From positions 1 to 64,000 of IMG/VR virus record IMGVR_UViG_3300044771_000012: 64,000 nt of DNA. The stretch is one strand, 5' to 3'. Positions 37,601-43,905 of the stretch are shown piece by piece. The translations under genes and the position numbers were made by a program. Every line of letters begins with the position of its first letter. Within the stretch, counting starts at the first letter, position 1. Origin of the DNA: a virus. The notes beneath the pieces were generated by a model. It searched no databases, was not told the DNA's origin, and saw nothing but the letters and a program-made list of their open reading frames with translations.

Positions 37601-39189
37601 GAGCCGCCATTAAGGGTTATGAGACGCAGAATGGCCAGAAGGTTTTTATGGATTACATGACCGGCCTTTCTGGTTTCCTCACAAAACAGAGAGCGGCCTT
37701 TGATTTCTTTAAAGCACTCGAAGGGATTGATCCTTCCAAACAACCAGAGCTTTTCAAGGAGGGTTCTTCCTATGTCGAGGATATGCTCCGCAATACCGAC
37801 CGACTTGATAAACTTTCCGGCAAAATAAGAGCGGCGGCATTCACCTGGTATCTCTCTGGTTCGATCCGGGCGGCCATGGTGAATTTCACGCAAAACTTCG
37901 TTACGGGCGTTCCATTCCTGGGTCGGGTTACAAATAATCCACTTAAAAAGTATGTCCAGTCTATGAAGGACATTGCCGCTTATAAATTTAATCCCGCTCA
38001 TCTTTCCGCAGAGGAACAAAAGTTTCTCCATGAAATGCACGAAAAAGGTATTGATACCGCTCAATATCTGAGAGAAATCCGTGGCAGAATGAAAAGTCAA
38101 GTGGGAGGAACACTCGATCAGATTAGCCAGGTTCTTTCAGTCCCATTCTCCGGCATGGAGGTCTTTAACCGTGAATCCGCTTCGCTCGCCATGTTTCGTG
38201 TGATGAGAAACGAAAAGAATGCCTCCTATCAAGAAGCCTTCGATGCCGCCAGGGATTATGTTTACAATACCCATTATCTCTATGGGAAATCGAATCTTCC
38301 CGCCTGGGCCAGGGGTGGAACTCCTGGGAGCCGCCTGGTGAGGACAGCCTATACCTTCCGCAGTTTCAATCACAATTTCTTGCTTTCCCTGATGCAATCT
38401 CTCAAGGGGCCGGATGGGAAGATTAAGATTGACGTGATGGGCCGAACGCTGGCATGGCTGACAATCCTTGGTGGAGCAACTTCTATCCCTTTTATGGATG
38501 ATCTTCTTGATGGAATGGAAAAGATGACCGGCACTCCCTATAAATCAGACATGAGAAAAGCCCTCGCCGGTGTAGGGGGAGAAGTCCTTTCAAGATTTGG
38601 GATGGAAGGTTTACCGGCACTCCTTGGAACAACCCTTACTGGATCATTGAAACTTGGTCTTCCCACGATTAGCTCTTCCGATTTCTCAGGGGTTTATGGG
38701 GGAATGATCGACAAAGGGAAAAAGGCGATTCAGGCTTTTCAAAAACAAGATATCTATCGAGGTATCGAAAACTTAATGCCAACTTTTATTGAATCTCCAA
38801 TGAAGGCTTATCGGATGGCGACAGAAGGAGCCACGACCGCTCAGGGGAAAATCATGTTCGATGAGAAAGGCCAACCGATCAAACTTACAACCGGAGAAGC
38901 CATCGGTCAGGCCGCAGGTTTTAGACCCGAACGAACAGCGATTCTTTCAGAAGAAAAAAGATCGTTCCAAAATCTAACACAACATTATTCTGGCCAACGT
39001 GATGATCTCTATGCAAGAATCCGAATGGCAAAGGGAACAGATAGAACCAACGTTCTCAAGGAAATCAGAGATTACAACCTCGAAGTCCAAAAGTATAAAG
39101 GCGTCATCCCTCCTATCACACAAGAGATGATTCGGAATGCGTTGAAGCAAAAACCTGAGAAAAAATTCATAAGGTTTGAAAATAGATAG
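31696..39189 (+). CDS. giant multidomain (polyvalent-type) protein, 2497 aa
   Basis: Uninterrupted 7.5-kb ORF. It has a ParB/sulfiredoxin-like segment (ELQPRDRDK...GAPIVGPDNMVESGNGRVVAMKKLY, about nt 34150-34340), the motif AIFHESVGHYGLP (nt 36001-36039), Pro-rich linkers and a hydrophobic/Gly-rich C-terminal third. Confidence 0.8.
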   Translation: MPDPFLDYLHESELGRGTIAGTTLPPMEAPQVAFAKPLIRPAAPAPTEEDPFLSHIRGLETTPPPSPPPQRGVLGDIASSLARGVGVGIPQFAGQAVTGLGALTGIEPMKETGRAITGFAEALPEKIPFLQPSEAEGQGGFRRFLTGMGENLPTILAAAKGGAAIGALTAPVTGFLGPTAGAILGGMVGIFGTFGLAGKGRAYEEALSQGLPEDQAQIYSNKIGAIEGGVWSLLAPAEAVTGGIAGKFIKKPAIDTIRKLLTPTLTQSLAGMATNVPLVTAAGATSAALQARAAEEAGIPTPTPEEAAYNSIAPSIGISILFGLGTRAMRWQDRGATFASLKNETVDPQFRQNAASRVFANLRAIDPEIAQMWKREADLNIQAKRPIPIDEDYMTWLSRSQRERVPAMWGTQGAELPIPYAGEEARYMGRMAPEEPAQIPWIEPPGVKRGEGFVMAEPWLVREGDRGYFLPAPEAMKLLPGPEKAIPQLPYYPPPVGTTLGEGFRMQEPVQPKVYARVAQDAYREVMSMDENGKPILGDKTFKRSQIVPKEATVKTGKGRIAPEVGVTSAGVLPTERPSPPAPGAKITPTAREVTSTLAPTPVLPEKPALPVKAPLPAPQMEAIRNYGEEMSQTGQPAGLGIAMVQRIIGSMGEKVTARKAKEAIDYLHATGEIEPQVGGGTAMFAYTFTGKTPEKAPVPLPEGITKYKKDHGYLKTDTGWEVYGPEGKIETASSRDAARATIDRIKSGEKPPAAVPPTPPITPAPAPGEPAIPIAARGRPEEVVTPKGLRAETRFKVVEADNLVTSIDTQFRENPAYNQELQPRDRDKVTSMNQVMRIYNKLDPEQLAESRGADTGAPIVGPDNMVESGNGRVVAMKKLYQDANANGEKYKAWLTQNAERFGLTKEEVSNLKNPILVRENATPMTPEERVAFARDANTPTTLVMSAGEKAKIDTDRLTPDVLSLFAPDESGNLMAASNREFIRSFLAKIPANEMGDFITEKPGAMGAEAKLSAQGLARVKNAIFAKAYGKENADLITMMTEDPENNIKNITNALLTAAPKQAVLMDAIAKGNRHDLSIAKEISEAAKTISDLRNAGTNTEEYLLQGNLFGKDPIETELVKMFNDWKQAPRKIIDILDTYAKMVDDVGNPKQGGLFGAQKPPSKLDILEAARKVTEEKYVTPEQKGLFPPEIQPVGRERTGEAIQETPPGGIPEPEKAPVEGIPGEPTPKPAAELGPPEFDYEKMRKLIDSDLFLTQEFNRLPGTPEKKAEVIFNTYVAGDSVMERNYESGGVSKAMFEEPAPITGMKLEGGVWPPSEEIWSAYEKLGQDEFIRQAGKMAYGEKGFVLAREIAEGNIPPELMQRGPRGMAPKDVNEAIFDIKIKWRDAPDVEIVPTERDLPPGKKLYPGTKGIFGDDGRVYLVAENLKNPGEAREAIFHESVGHYGLPKMMGDSYYDLLQRVVRDFPKDIAAFGKKYGFDMDTNIGKWKAAEEKIAQVAQKGDHPGILKTMIATIRDWISKVFPGLKMTDNDIRNLVRKASEQMKKGEIGSPVDPINAKIENLRRQVGHQIGGNPKLKAGEMGRYWQNEPFFMMGENVMSDGSWWDSIKSFRNKYTLGIKGNDLKWSERMYMLPWHIAQKFTNFRKLIDVQLNRDEAREQMNHEMVQKAFPDSKSEAHEFLALPKDQSNDVFRVMVWSDDQNQFFGSVGKGGEINRDVASLQSKARELLGKDLNEDQVTAYYAWKRTMDSAWARVRKQHEVMTFAPYEDQPWYEDLKKSYTEFLKTKQKGLSFKEFIIQEMEPTLFKPGGKYTDAQLKDLGRAADRLEKPISKLKELRDDMGRWKYYVPRVRDKGDYVIRGFDENNNVVVSLRANDQISGARVRDRFMKEYTGLRWESKFEPQPIEEMFQKVSDIHLEQFIKKGIDRAQRKETISPEDAGHITDALFEAVADDLKARGFASHFIMREEGAAIKGYETQNGQKVFMDYMTGLSGFLTKQRAAFDFFKALEGIDPSKQPELFKEGSSYVEDMLRNTDRLDKLSGKIRAAAFTWYLSGSIRAAMVNFTQNFVTGVPFLGRVTNNPLKKYVQSMKDIAAYKFNPAHLSAEEQKFLHEMHEKGIDTAQYLREIRGRMKSQVGGTLDQISQVLSVPFSGMEVFNRESASLAMFRVMRNEKNASYQEAFDAARDYVYNTHYLYGKSNLPAWARGGTPGSRLVRTAYTFRSFNHNFLLSLMQSLKGPDGKIKIDVMGRTLAWLTILGGATSIPFMDDLLDGMEKMTGTPYKSDMRKALAGVGGEVLSRFGMEGLPALLGTTLTGSLKLGLPTISSSDFSGVYGGMIDKGKKAIQAFQKQDIYRGIENLMPTFIESPMKAYRMATEGATTAQGKIMFDEKGQPIKLTTGEAIGQAAGFRPERTAILSEEKRSFQNLTQHYSGQRDDLYARIRMAKGTDRTNVLKEIRDYNLEVQKYKGVIPPITQEMIRNALKQKPEKKFIRFENR

Positions 39190-39198
39190 GAGGATAGA

Positions 39199-39747
39199 AT
39201 GGCAACGACACCGACCAATGATCTGGCCGAACATATTGGAACAATTTTATGGATAGCGAGTGGACTTCTTTTTATATGCGGTGTTTTAATCACTCTCATT
39301 TGGAATGATTTCAGGAAAAAAGTAGAGGAAATAAAAAGGGAAGCTAATAAATTTTCAGAATGGCTCAAGAAAATGGGAGAGGAAGAGGGGGGATTAGTTA
39401 CAAGAGAACTTTACTTCCAATGGTGTAGGGATCAGCAAACAAAATGCCCGGCCTGCGGAGGTTATCAAACCTTAACCCAATGGAGGAACGGTCTTATGGA
39501 CAAGGGCGGAGTGATGACAAAAGGTGAGCATACGCCTCTTTGTAAGGAAATCACAAGAGAGGTCGCTGATTCGTTTTGTGCAAAACTTGATGAATTGTTC
39601 GCTCATCATCGGGAGTGGGTTGGCCAGGAACTTAAAATTATTTCCGGTCAATCAAAAATCTTATTAACCCTATTTAAAAAACAAATATCCGAGGAAGATT
39701 TAAAGTGGGAAGAACACGATGCCGATAAGAGGCGTGATGGAAGATGA
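39199..39747 (+). CDS. membrane-anchored protein (N-terminal TM), lysis-cassette neighbour
   Basis: ORF after TAGGAGGATAG. TM segment ILWIASGLLFICGVLITLIW. Confidence 0.6.
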   Translation: MATTPTNDLAEHIGTILWIASGLLFICGVLITLIWNDFRKKVEEIKREANKFSEWLKKMGEEEGGLVTRELYFQWCRDQQTKCPACGGYQTLTQWRNGLMDKGGVMTKGEHTPLCKEITREVADSFCAKLDELFAHHREWVGQELKIISGQSKILLTLFKKQISEEDLKWEEHDADKRRDGR

Positions 39748-39911
39748 TCGTTCGTCTTTGGAAGGATGTGAGAGAAGCCTATTTTGATGCGGTGCGGAAG
39801 TGGGTATCCCACGATGACGAAGCGGCAATCCTTCTTTTAAGATCGGCGATTAAAAGGACTGAAACTTTAATAGTAGCGTTGGAAAAGGGAGTCGGTCATG
39901 TCAAAAATTAA
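39744..39911 (+). CDS. small hypothetical protein (55 aa)
   Basis: ATGA coupling. Below the track cutoff. Confidence 0.35.
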   Translation: MIVRLWKDVREAYFDAVRKWVSHDDEAAILLLRSAIKRTETLIVALEKGVGHVKN

Positions 39912-40158
39912 GATCATCAAAGATGGAAGTATCCAGGGTTGGGCCGTATCTTTTCTTATCACCATGGTCAGCGTAATTGCTTTAATTTTATCCTTGACTT
40001 TCGATGCGGTTGCCGATAGATTTGCAAAGGTAGGGAGTGCATGGGCGGCCATCGTGATCGGTCAATTCACCGCATGGCTCGCTTACCGAACGGGGAAGGC
40101 GATAGAGGATAGAAAGGCCCTATCTGCAACCCCACCGGCAGTCCCTCCTACCCAATGA
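39898..40158 (+). CDS. holin-like membrane protein (2 TM)
   Basis: Two hydrophobic segments, small size, upstream of the endolysin. Confidence 0.45.
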   Translation: MSKIKIIKDGSIQGWAVSFLITMVSVIALILSLTFDAVADRFAKVGSAWAAIVIGQFTAWLAYRTGKAIEDRKALSATPPAVPPTQ

Positions 40159-40403
40159 AAGGGGGTGAGAGCATGGTTTGGTTACTCGTTATCGTCGTAG
40201 TTTTATTGTTGATCGTGATCGGTCTCTTGATCCTTATGATTAAGAGAGACCCGAATTTCGGAAAGGAATTTGGGGAGGCAATGCTCGCCATGTGGACATC
40301 CGCAAAGGATGGCCGATTGACGGCGGAGGAGAAGGCAACCATTAAAAAGGAATGGAGAGATGTCGATTGGAAGGCCGCCTTCAAAGCGATTTTGAAACTT
40401 TAA
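40155..40403 (+). CDS. small membrane protein (1 TM), holin/antiholin candidate
   Basis: ATGA coupling. TM segment WLLVIVVVLLLIVIGLLILMI. Confidence 0.45.
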   Translation: MKGGESMVWLLVIVVVLLLIVIGLLILMIKRDPNFGKEFGEAMLAMWTSAKDGRLTAEEKATIKKEWRDVDWKAAFKAILKL

Positions 40404-40416
40404 AATGATAACCAAC

Positions 40417-40471
40417 GGGGGCGGGCGGTCAAACGTGGGTAGCCAAAAATACTCCCCCATGGCCCGCCCCC
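40417..40471. other. 10-bp GC-only inverted repeat GGGGGCGGGC / GCCCGCCCCC
   Basis: Arms at 40417-40426 and 40462-40471 with a 35-nt loop. No U-tract on either strand. Confidence 0.7.
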
Positions 40472-40484
40472 TATCGAGGGGAAA

Positions 40485-40652
40485 ATGTTAACTCAAAGAT
40501 TCAATAAGAAAACGGGCCGTAGAGAATGGGCTCTTCGATCAGTTAAAACCCCATCGAAGATTCTTGAATGGTATGGCCCCCAGAAACCTTCAACGGAAAC
40601 AGTCCAAAAAAGCGAGGATAGGGTTCGCTATTACAAACACGCAGGAGGATGA
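40485..40652 (+). CDS. small basic hypothetical protein (55 aa)
   Basis: ATG after GAGGGG. Ends 1 nt before the endolysin ATG. Below the track cutoff. Confidence 0.35.
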   Translation: MLTQRFNKKTGRREWALRSVKTPSKILEWYGPQKPSTETVQKSEDRVRYYKHAGG

Positions 40653-40653
40653 T

Positions 40654-41223
40654 ATGAAGAGGGTATGTATTGATCCCGGTCATGGTGGAATTCAGCCGGG
40701 TGCGGTTTATGGTGATCTTCTCGAAAAAGATGTCAATCTCAAGGTCGCCGAATATGCCGTCGAGGGCCTACGGGCCGTTAATTCCGATATTTGGATAGGA
40801 CTTACCCGAACCTTCGACCGAACCACATCTCTCCAAGAACGGTGTGATCTTTCCAATGGTATGAACGTCGATTGCTTTATCTCGATCCATTGTAACGCCG
40901 ACCCGGACACGGATGAACCTGGGATGCCCGAAGCAAGGGGGGAAGAAATCTGGTTTTTCAAAGGAAGTCGAGAAGGATTAAAACTTTCTCAATGCCTCTC
41001 CGACGAAGTGGATCAGATTTTTCCCGATGAACCCTTTCGAGGGATCAAGGAAACCGAAGGTCTTTACGTCCTGAAACATACGAACGCCCCGGCCTGCCTG
41101 ATCGAGATCGGATTTATCGACAAATCCTCATCGGTCGAAACCTTCTCCGATGAATTGACGCTCCGAAAGATTGGAGCCCTGGTCGCAAGGGGGATCAATG
41201 AATACCTTTCTCTCGTTCGTTAA
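40654..41223 (+). CDS. N-acetylmuramoyl-L-alanine amidase (Amidase_3) endolysin
   Basis: ATG after AGGAGG. Contains CIDPGHGG, E in LLEKDVNL and ISIHCNA, the zinc-ligand pattern of the family. Confidence 0.85.
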   Translation: MKRVCIDPGHGGIQPGAVYGDLLEKDVNLKVAEYAVEGLRAVNSDIWIGLTRTFDRTTSLQERCDLSNGMNVDCFISIHCNADPDTDEPGMPEARGEEIWFFKGSREGLKLSQCLSDEVDQIFPDEPFRGIKETEGLYVLKHTNAPACLIEIGFIDKSSSVETFSDELTLRKIGALVARGINEYLSLVR

Positions 41224-41617
41224 GAAGATGCCTTTTTGGTTTTGGATTGCTCTGGCCGTTTTTATCTTCCTCGCCTGGCAATCTCTTTCTGGGTGGGCCA
41301 TGTCCCGCAAACTCTATAAGATGGCCCTCAATAATCTTCGCCAGGATCAGACACAAATTATTAAAGAAAAGGATGCCTGGATCAAAACCTGCGAAGATGA
41401 GATTTTGCAGATCAAAGCGGAAAAGGATAAGATTGCTAAGGAGAAAATTATCGCTCAACAAGACGCTACGAACTCTAAGGTTAAGGTCGTTCGTCTGGAA
41501 GGAGAGAACGATGCGCTTCGTATTAAAATTCGGAATGTTATTGTTTCTGATGATCCTGATCGGATCATTGATGATTTGCGGAAACGCTTTCCCTCAATCC
41601 GTAAGATTCAGCCTTGA
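41198..41617 (+). CDS. i-spanin-like protein (N-terminal TM plus coiled coil)
   Basis: TM segment FWFWIALAVFIFLAW followed by a helical region. Lies downstream of the endolysin. Start is 41198 or 41228. Confidence 0.45.
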   Translation: MNTFLSFVKKMPFWFWIALAVFIFLAWQSLSGWAMSRKLYKMALNNLRQDQTQIIKEKDAWIKTCEDEILQIKAEKDKIAKEKIIAQQDATNSKVKVVRLEGENDALRIKIRNVIVSDDPDRIIDDLRKRFPSIRKIQP

Positions 41618-41957
41618 TCTTCCCGATCTGAAAGAATGGGACAAACAAACCCAGGAATATCCTTTGATTAAAAAATTAGTTGATTCGCAGGCAACCACTA
41701 TCTCCGAATTAGAAAAATCCCTTGCCATCGCTCAAAAGGAAAGAGATTTAGAGAAGCGAGAAAACGAATTGAATTTGAGGATAATTGGGATCAAAGACAA
41801 AGAGATCGCCGCTATCAACCGAAACTTCGATCAGATGAAGGAGGTTGCGGATCGGGCGATTAAACTGGCGGAGACTTCAAAACCTAAATCGAATTGGGAA
41901 TTGTATGGTGTGATCGGAGCCCTCGTCGCTGTTGCCATTTACGCTATCGCTCATTAA
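41511..41957 (+). CDS. signal-peptide/lipobox-like coiled-coil protein with C-terminal TM, overlapping the previous gene (spanin-like)
   Basis: ATG after GGAGAG inside the 3' end of 41198..41617 in another frame. N-terminus reads MRFVLKFGMLLFLMILIGSLMICGN. Confidence 0.45.
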   Translation: MRFVLKFGMLLFLMILIGSLMICGNAFPQSVRFSLDLPDLKEWDKQTQEYPLIKKLVDSQATTISELEKSLAIAQKERDLEKRENELNLRIIGIKDKEIAAINRNFDQMKEVADRAIKLAETSKPKSNWELYGVIGALVAVAIYAIAH

Positions 41958-42268
41958 TCTTCCCAAAGACTTTTTTGTGCAGAAGGCCCAGGGGTTGCCT
42001 CGGTATCTTCCACCCTCGGTGTGGCGACTGGTTGGTCGCTTGTCGGGGCCTCCATTTTAATGTCTTCGATCTTTGAGTCCGGGAATGTTTTTTTCACCGA
42101 ATGAACCTTCCGTAGATAATCGGCGTATCTCTCCGGCTTCATGTTCTTCTCGGATGCCTTCAAAAATTTGATTTCTTTCTCTGAGTAACAGACTTGTCCC
42201 TCGACCGGGACTTCGCTGAGACAGATTGTTTCATTGAGGATTTTAGAGTGGACGAGGATGGGTTTCAT
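41954..42268 (-). CDS. hypothetical protein
   Basis: 104-aa ORF downstream of tRNA-Asn on the minus strand. Confidence 0.5.
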   Translation of the reverse strand: MKPILVHSKILNETICLSEVPVEGQVCYSEKEIKFLKASEKNMKPERYADYLRKVHSVKKTFPDSKIEDIKMEAPTSDQPVATPRVEDTEATPGPSAQKSLWED

Positions 42269-42276
42269 AATATAAC

Positions 42277-42347
42277 TGCGGTGGAGGGGATCGAACCCCC
42301 GACATCCGATTTAACAAACCGGCGTTCTACCCCTGAACTACACCGCA
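42277..42347 (-). tRNA. tRNA-Asn (anticodon GTT)
   Basis: Hand-folded cloverleaf. Acceptor TGCGGTG/CACCGCA, D arm GTTC-AGGGGTA-GAAC, anticodon arm CCGGT-TTGTTAA-ATCGG (GTT at 42313-42315), variable ATGTC, T arm GGGGG-TTCGATC-CCCTC. No encoded CCA. Confidence 0.85.
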
Positions 42348-42533
42348 TAAATTTGGGGCCTTCCCGTCAAGGAAGCCTTGGAAGTTCCAGTTAAAGTGAG
42401 AAAGCAACTTTCCCAAGGTCATTCTCTCCGCTTCCGCTTCGAGGCCAACCTTCCTTCCTTTGTTCTTCCGTCCTTGCCGATTCTGATCCTTGCAACCTTA
42501 CTGCCTGATCCTTGAGCCTTGCACTTTAAGCGG

Positions 42534-42604
42534 CGTTTGCTCTAACCTACTGAGCTACCCCCCCATAAGTGGGGGGGGAAGGAGTCGAACCTCCGCACAA
42601 ACGC
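42534..42604 (-). ncRNA. circularly permuted tRNA-like element (3' half, 5-nt linker, 5' half)
   Basis: The minus strand reads GCGTT-TGTGC-GGAGG-TTCGACT-CCTTC-CCCCCCC-A (42604..42570), then CTTAT, then GGGGGGG-TA-GCTC-AGTAGGTTA-GAGC-A-AACGC (42564..42534). All stems are complementary. T8, A14, G18G19, T54T55C56, A58 and G53-C61 are present. No 7-nt anticodon loop can be formed. Confidence 0.6.
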
Positions 42605-42701
42605 TTGGCCTGCTAATCCATTTAGCAGATGGTTGTCTTTCTGTCGATCAGACATCGCTCACTTTCCCGGTTTTTATCTCTCGCCGTAAGGCCCTTCCCT
42701 C

Positions 42702-43370
42702 CTATTTTTGAAGTTTGATGGCGGGCTTCGCAGGACTCGTTTTCTGATAAATAAAAGAAGCCGTCTCTGTCGATGCTCCCCATATATTACGAGAACTAAC
42801 ATTGAAGGTATGACTGCCCGATGGTAGATTGGTCACGTCATACCAAAGAATAATTTTCCCGGTTGCGTCGATCTTTGCTATCGACGTGATGGTCGTCGGA
42901 CTTCCATCTTTTCTGATTAAGAAATCGTCTGGGATTCCCACGCCAGAGCCGGGAACATAGGGATCGCAAGTTAAAAAAATATTCGTCCCTTGCTTAACAA
43001 TCTTCAATATTGGAAGCACGGGGATTGCTTTCGTAAAGGTTAAGGCTTGCGAAGGATCACTACACTTATCGGCCTCGATGCAGGCTAACGCCCGGACGGT
43101 ATAAACGCCATCCGGCAAGGCGATCTCCCACCAGAGGTCAACTTTATTTAGTGCATCAATCCTTGGCGGAGTCGTGACATCCTCATGTTTGGCGTAATCG
43201 AATTTAAGAATAAAACTCGTGGGCATTACCTTTTGGCCCGCTTCATCGCATCCAACCGTCCCGATTGTGCAAGGGCCTGGGACATATTGATCGCAGGTTA
43301 GGTGCGGAAGACCAAGGGCGGCCTGTGTAATAAGAAAAAAAACAAGGACGGTCGTTATAAGAATTTTCAT
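42702..43370 (-). CDS. exported two-domain protein (signal peptide)
   Basis: AGGAGACC RBS. Signal peptide MKILITTVLVFFLITQAALG. Internal duplication (LTCDQYVPGPC / LTCDPYVPGSG). Confidence 0.65.
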   Translation of the reverse strand: MKILITTVLVFFLITQAALGLPHLTCDQYVPGPCTIGTVGCDEAGQKVMPTSFILKFDYAKHEDVTTPPRIDALNKVDLWWEIALPDGVYTVRALACIEADKCSDPSQALTFTKAIPVLPILKIVKQGTNIFLTCDPYVPGSGVGIPDDFLIRKDGSPTTITSIAKIDATGKIILWYDVTNLPSGSHTFNVSSRNIWGASTETASFIYQKTSPAKPAIKLQK

Positions 43371-43454
43371 CGAGGTCTCCTATGCGGGCGAAGTGACGGG
43401 GGTGAGTAGGCTATCTAAGGGCCTTTGGAGCCCGTCACCCGCCCGCCAAAAAGA

Positions 43455-43772
43455 TTATTTTAATTCAGGCGTTCCTGCGGTCATCCCCAGGTTGGAAGCC
43501 TTCGCTCCGGCAACATGGAGTAATACGATGTCGGAAATGTTTTCGATCCCGGCTCCCAAGTCGGCATCCCCAGACACCAGGAAGGTCGAATCGCCAGGGT
43601 TATCCCCGGATTTCACATAGAAAGAGTTTCCATCCAGGAGTTCAACCGTCCCATCACCCGATTGAACGGAAACCTGGATCGGCCCATCGAGAAGCACCGG
43701 CTTCCCTGCCGCCGTAACTGGATTCGTTGTAACCTTGATCTTCTCCTCGTTTGTGCAAGATAGTTCCAACAT
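43455..43772 (-). CDS. Ig-like (Big_2-type) domain protein
   Basis: ATG at 43772 after AGGAG. The pattern of beta-rich sequence VTTNPVTAAGKPVLLDGPIQVSVQSGDGTV...GDSTFLVSGDADLG fits. Internal start of the track ORF. Confidence 0.45.
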   Translation of the reverse strand: MLELSCTNEEKIKVTTNPVTAAGKPVLLDGPIQVSVQSGDGTVELLDGNSFYVKSGDNPGDSTFLVSGDADLGAGIENISDIVLLHVAGAKASNLGMTAGTPELK

Positions 43773-43905
43773 AATTTGTTTTCTCCTTTCTTTGAGTTCT
43801 GGCCGCCCTACCTTCCAATTAAAATGGACGGGTTGAGAGATTCGATGGATGACTTCAAACTTCTGTGGAATGTGGTGAAAAACATCTACCTTCATCTCAA
43901 TCCTA

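Noticed and set aside
35479-38100. 389-aa (35479..36648) and 237-aa (37387..38100) minus-strand ORFs
   Set aside because: Both lie inside the uninterrupted 7.5-kb plus-strand giant ORF. No RBS and a non-protein-like composition.
42348-42604. Two-piece (permuted) tmRNA interpretation of the permuted tRNA-like element, with a tag frame starting at GCA
   Set aside because: The gene order fits, and an open frame (GCA...VAFSL-TAA) exists. Several features argue against it. The acceptor stem is G1-C72/G2-C71/G3-C70 with no G3-U70 alanine identity pair. A genuine D stem and a 5-bp anticodon stem are present, unlike tmRNA. The 46-codon frame is far longer than known tags. No pseudoknots were evident. 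It is kept only as an alternative to test with ARAGORN/Infernal.
42534-42604. Junction of two tandem identical tRNA genes, or an intron-containing tRNA
   Set aside because: The complementary 5' half is absent upstream: there is no GGGGGGG between 42605 and the CDS at 42702. The complementary 3' half (T arm plus CCCCCCC) is absent between 42533 and tRNA-Asn. No group I intron core was recognisable.
42270-42710. Phage attachment site or integrase module next to the tRNA genes
   Set aside because: No integrase or recombinase ORF is present anywhere in the window. There is also no host flanking DNA, so no att site can be supported.
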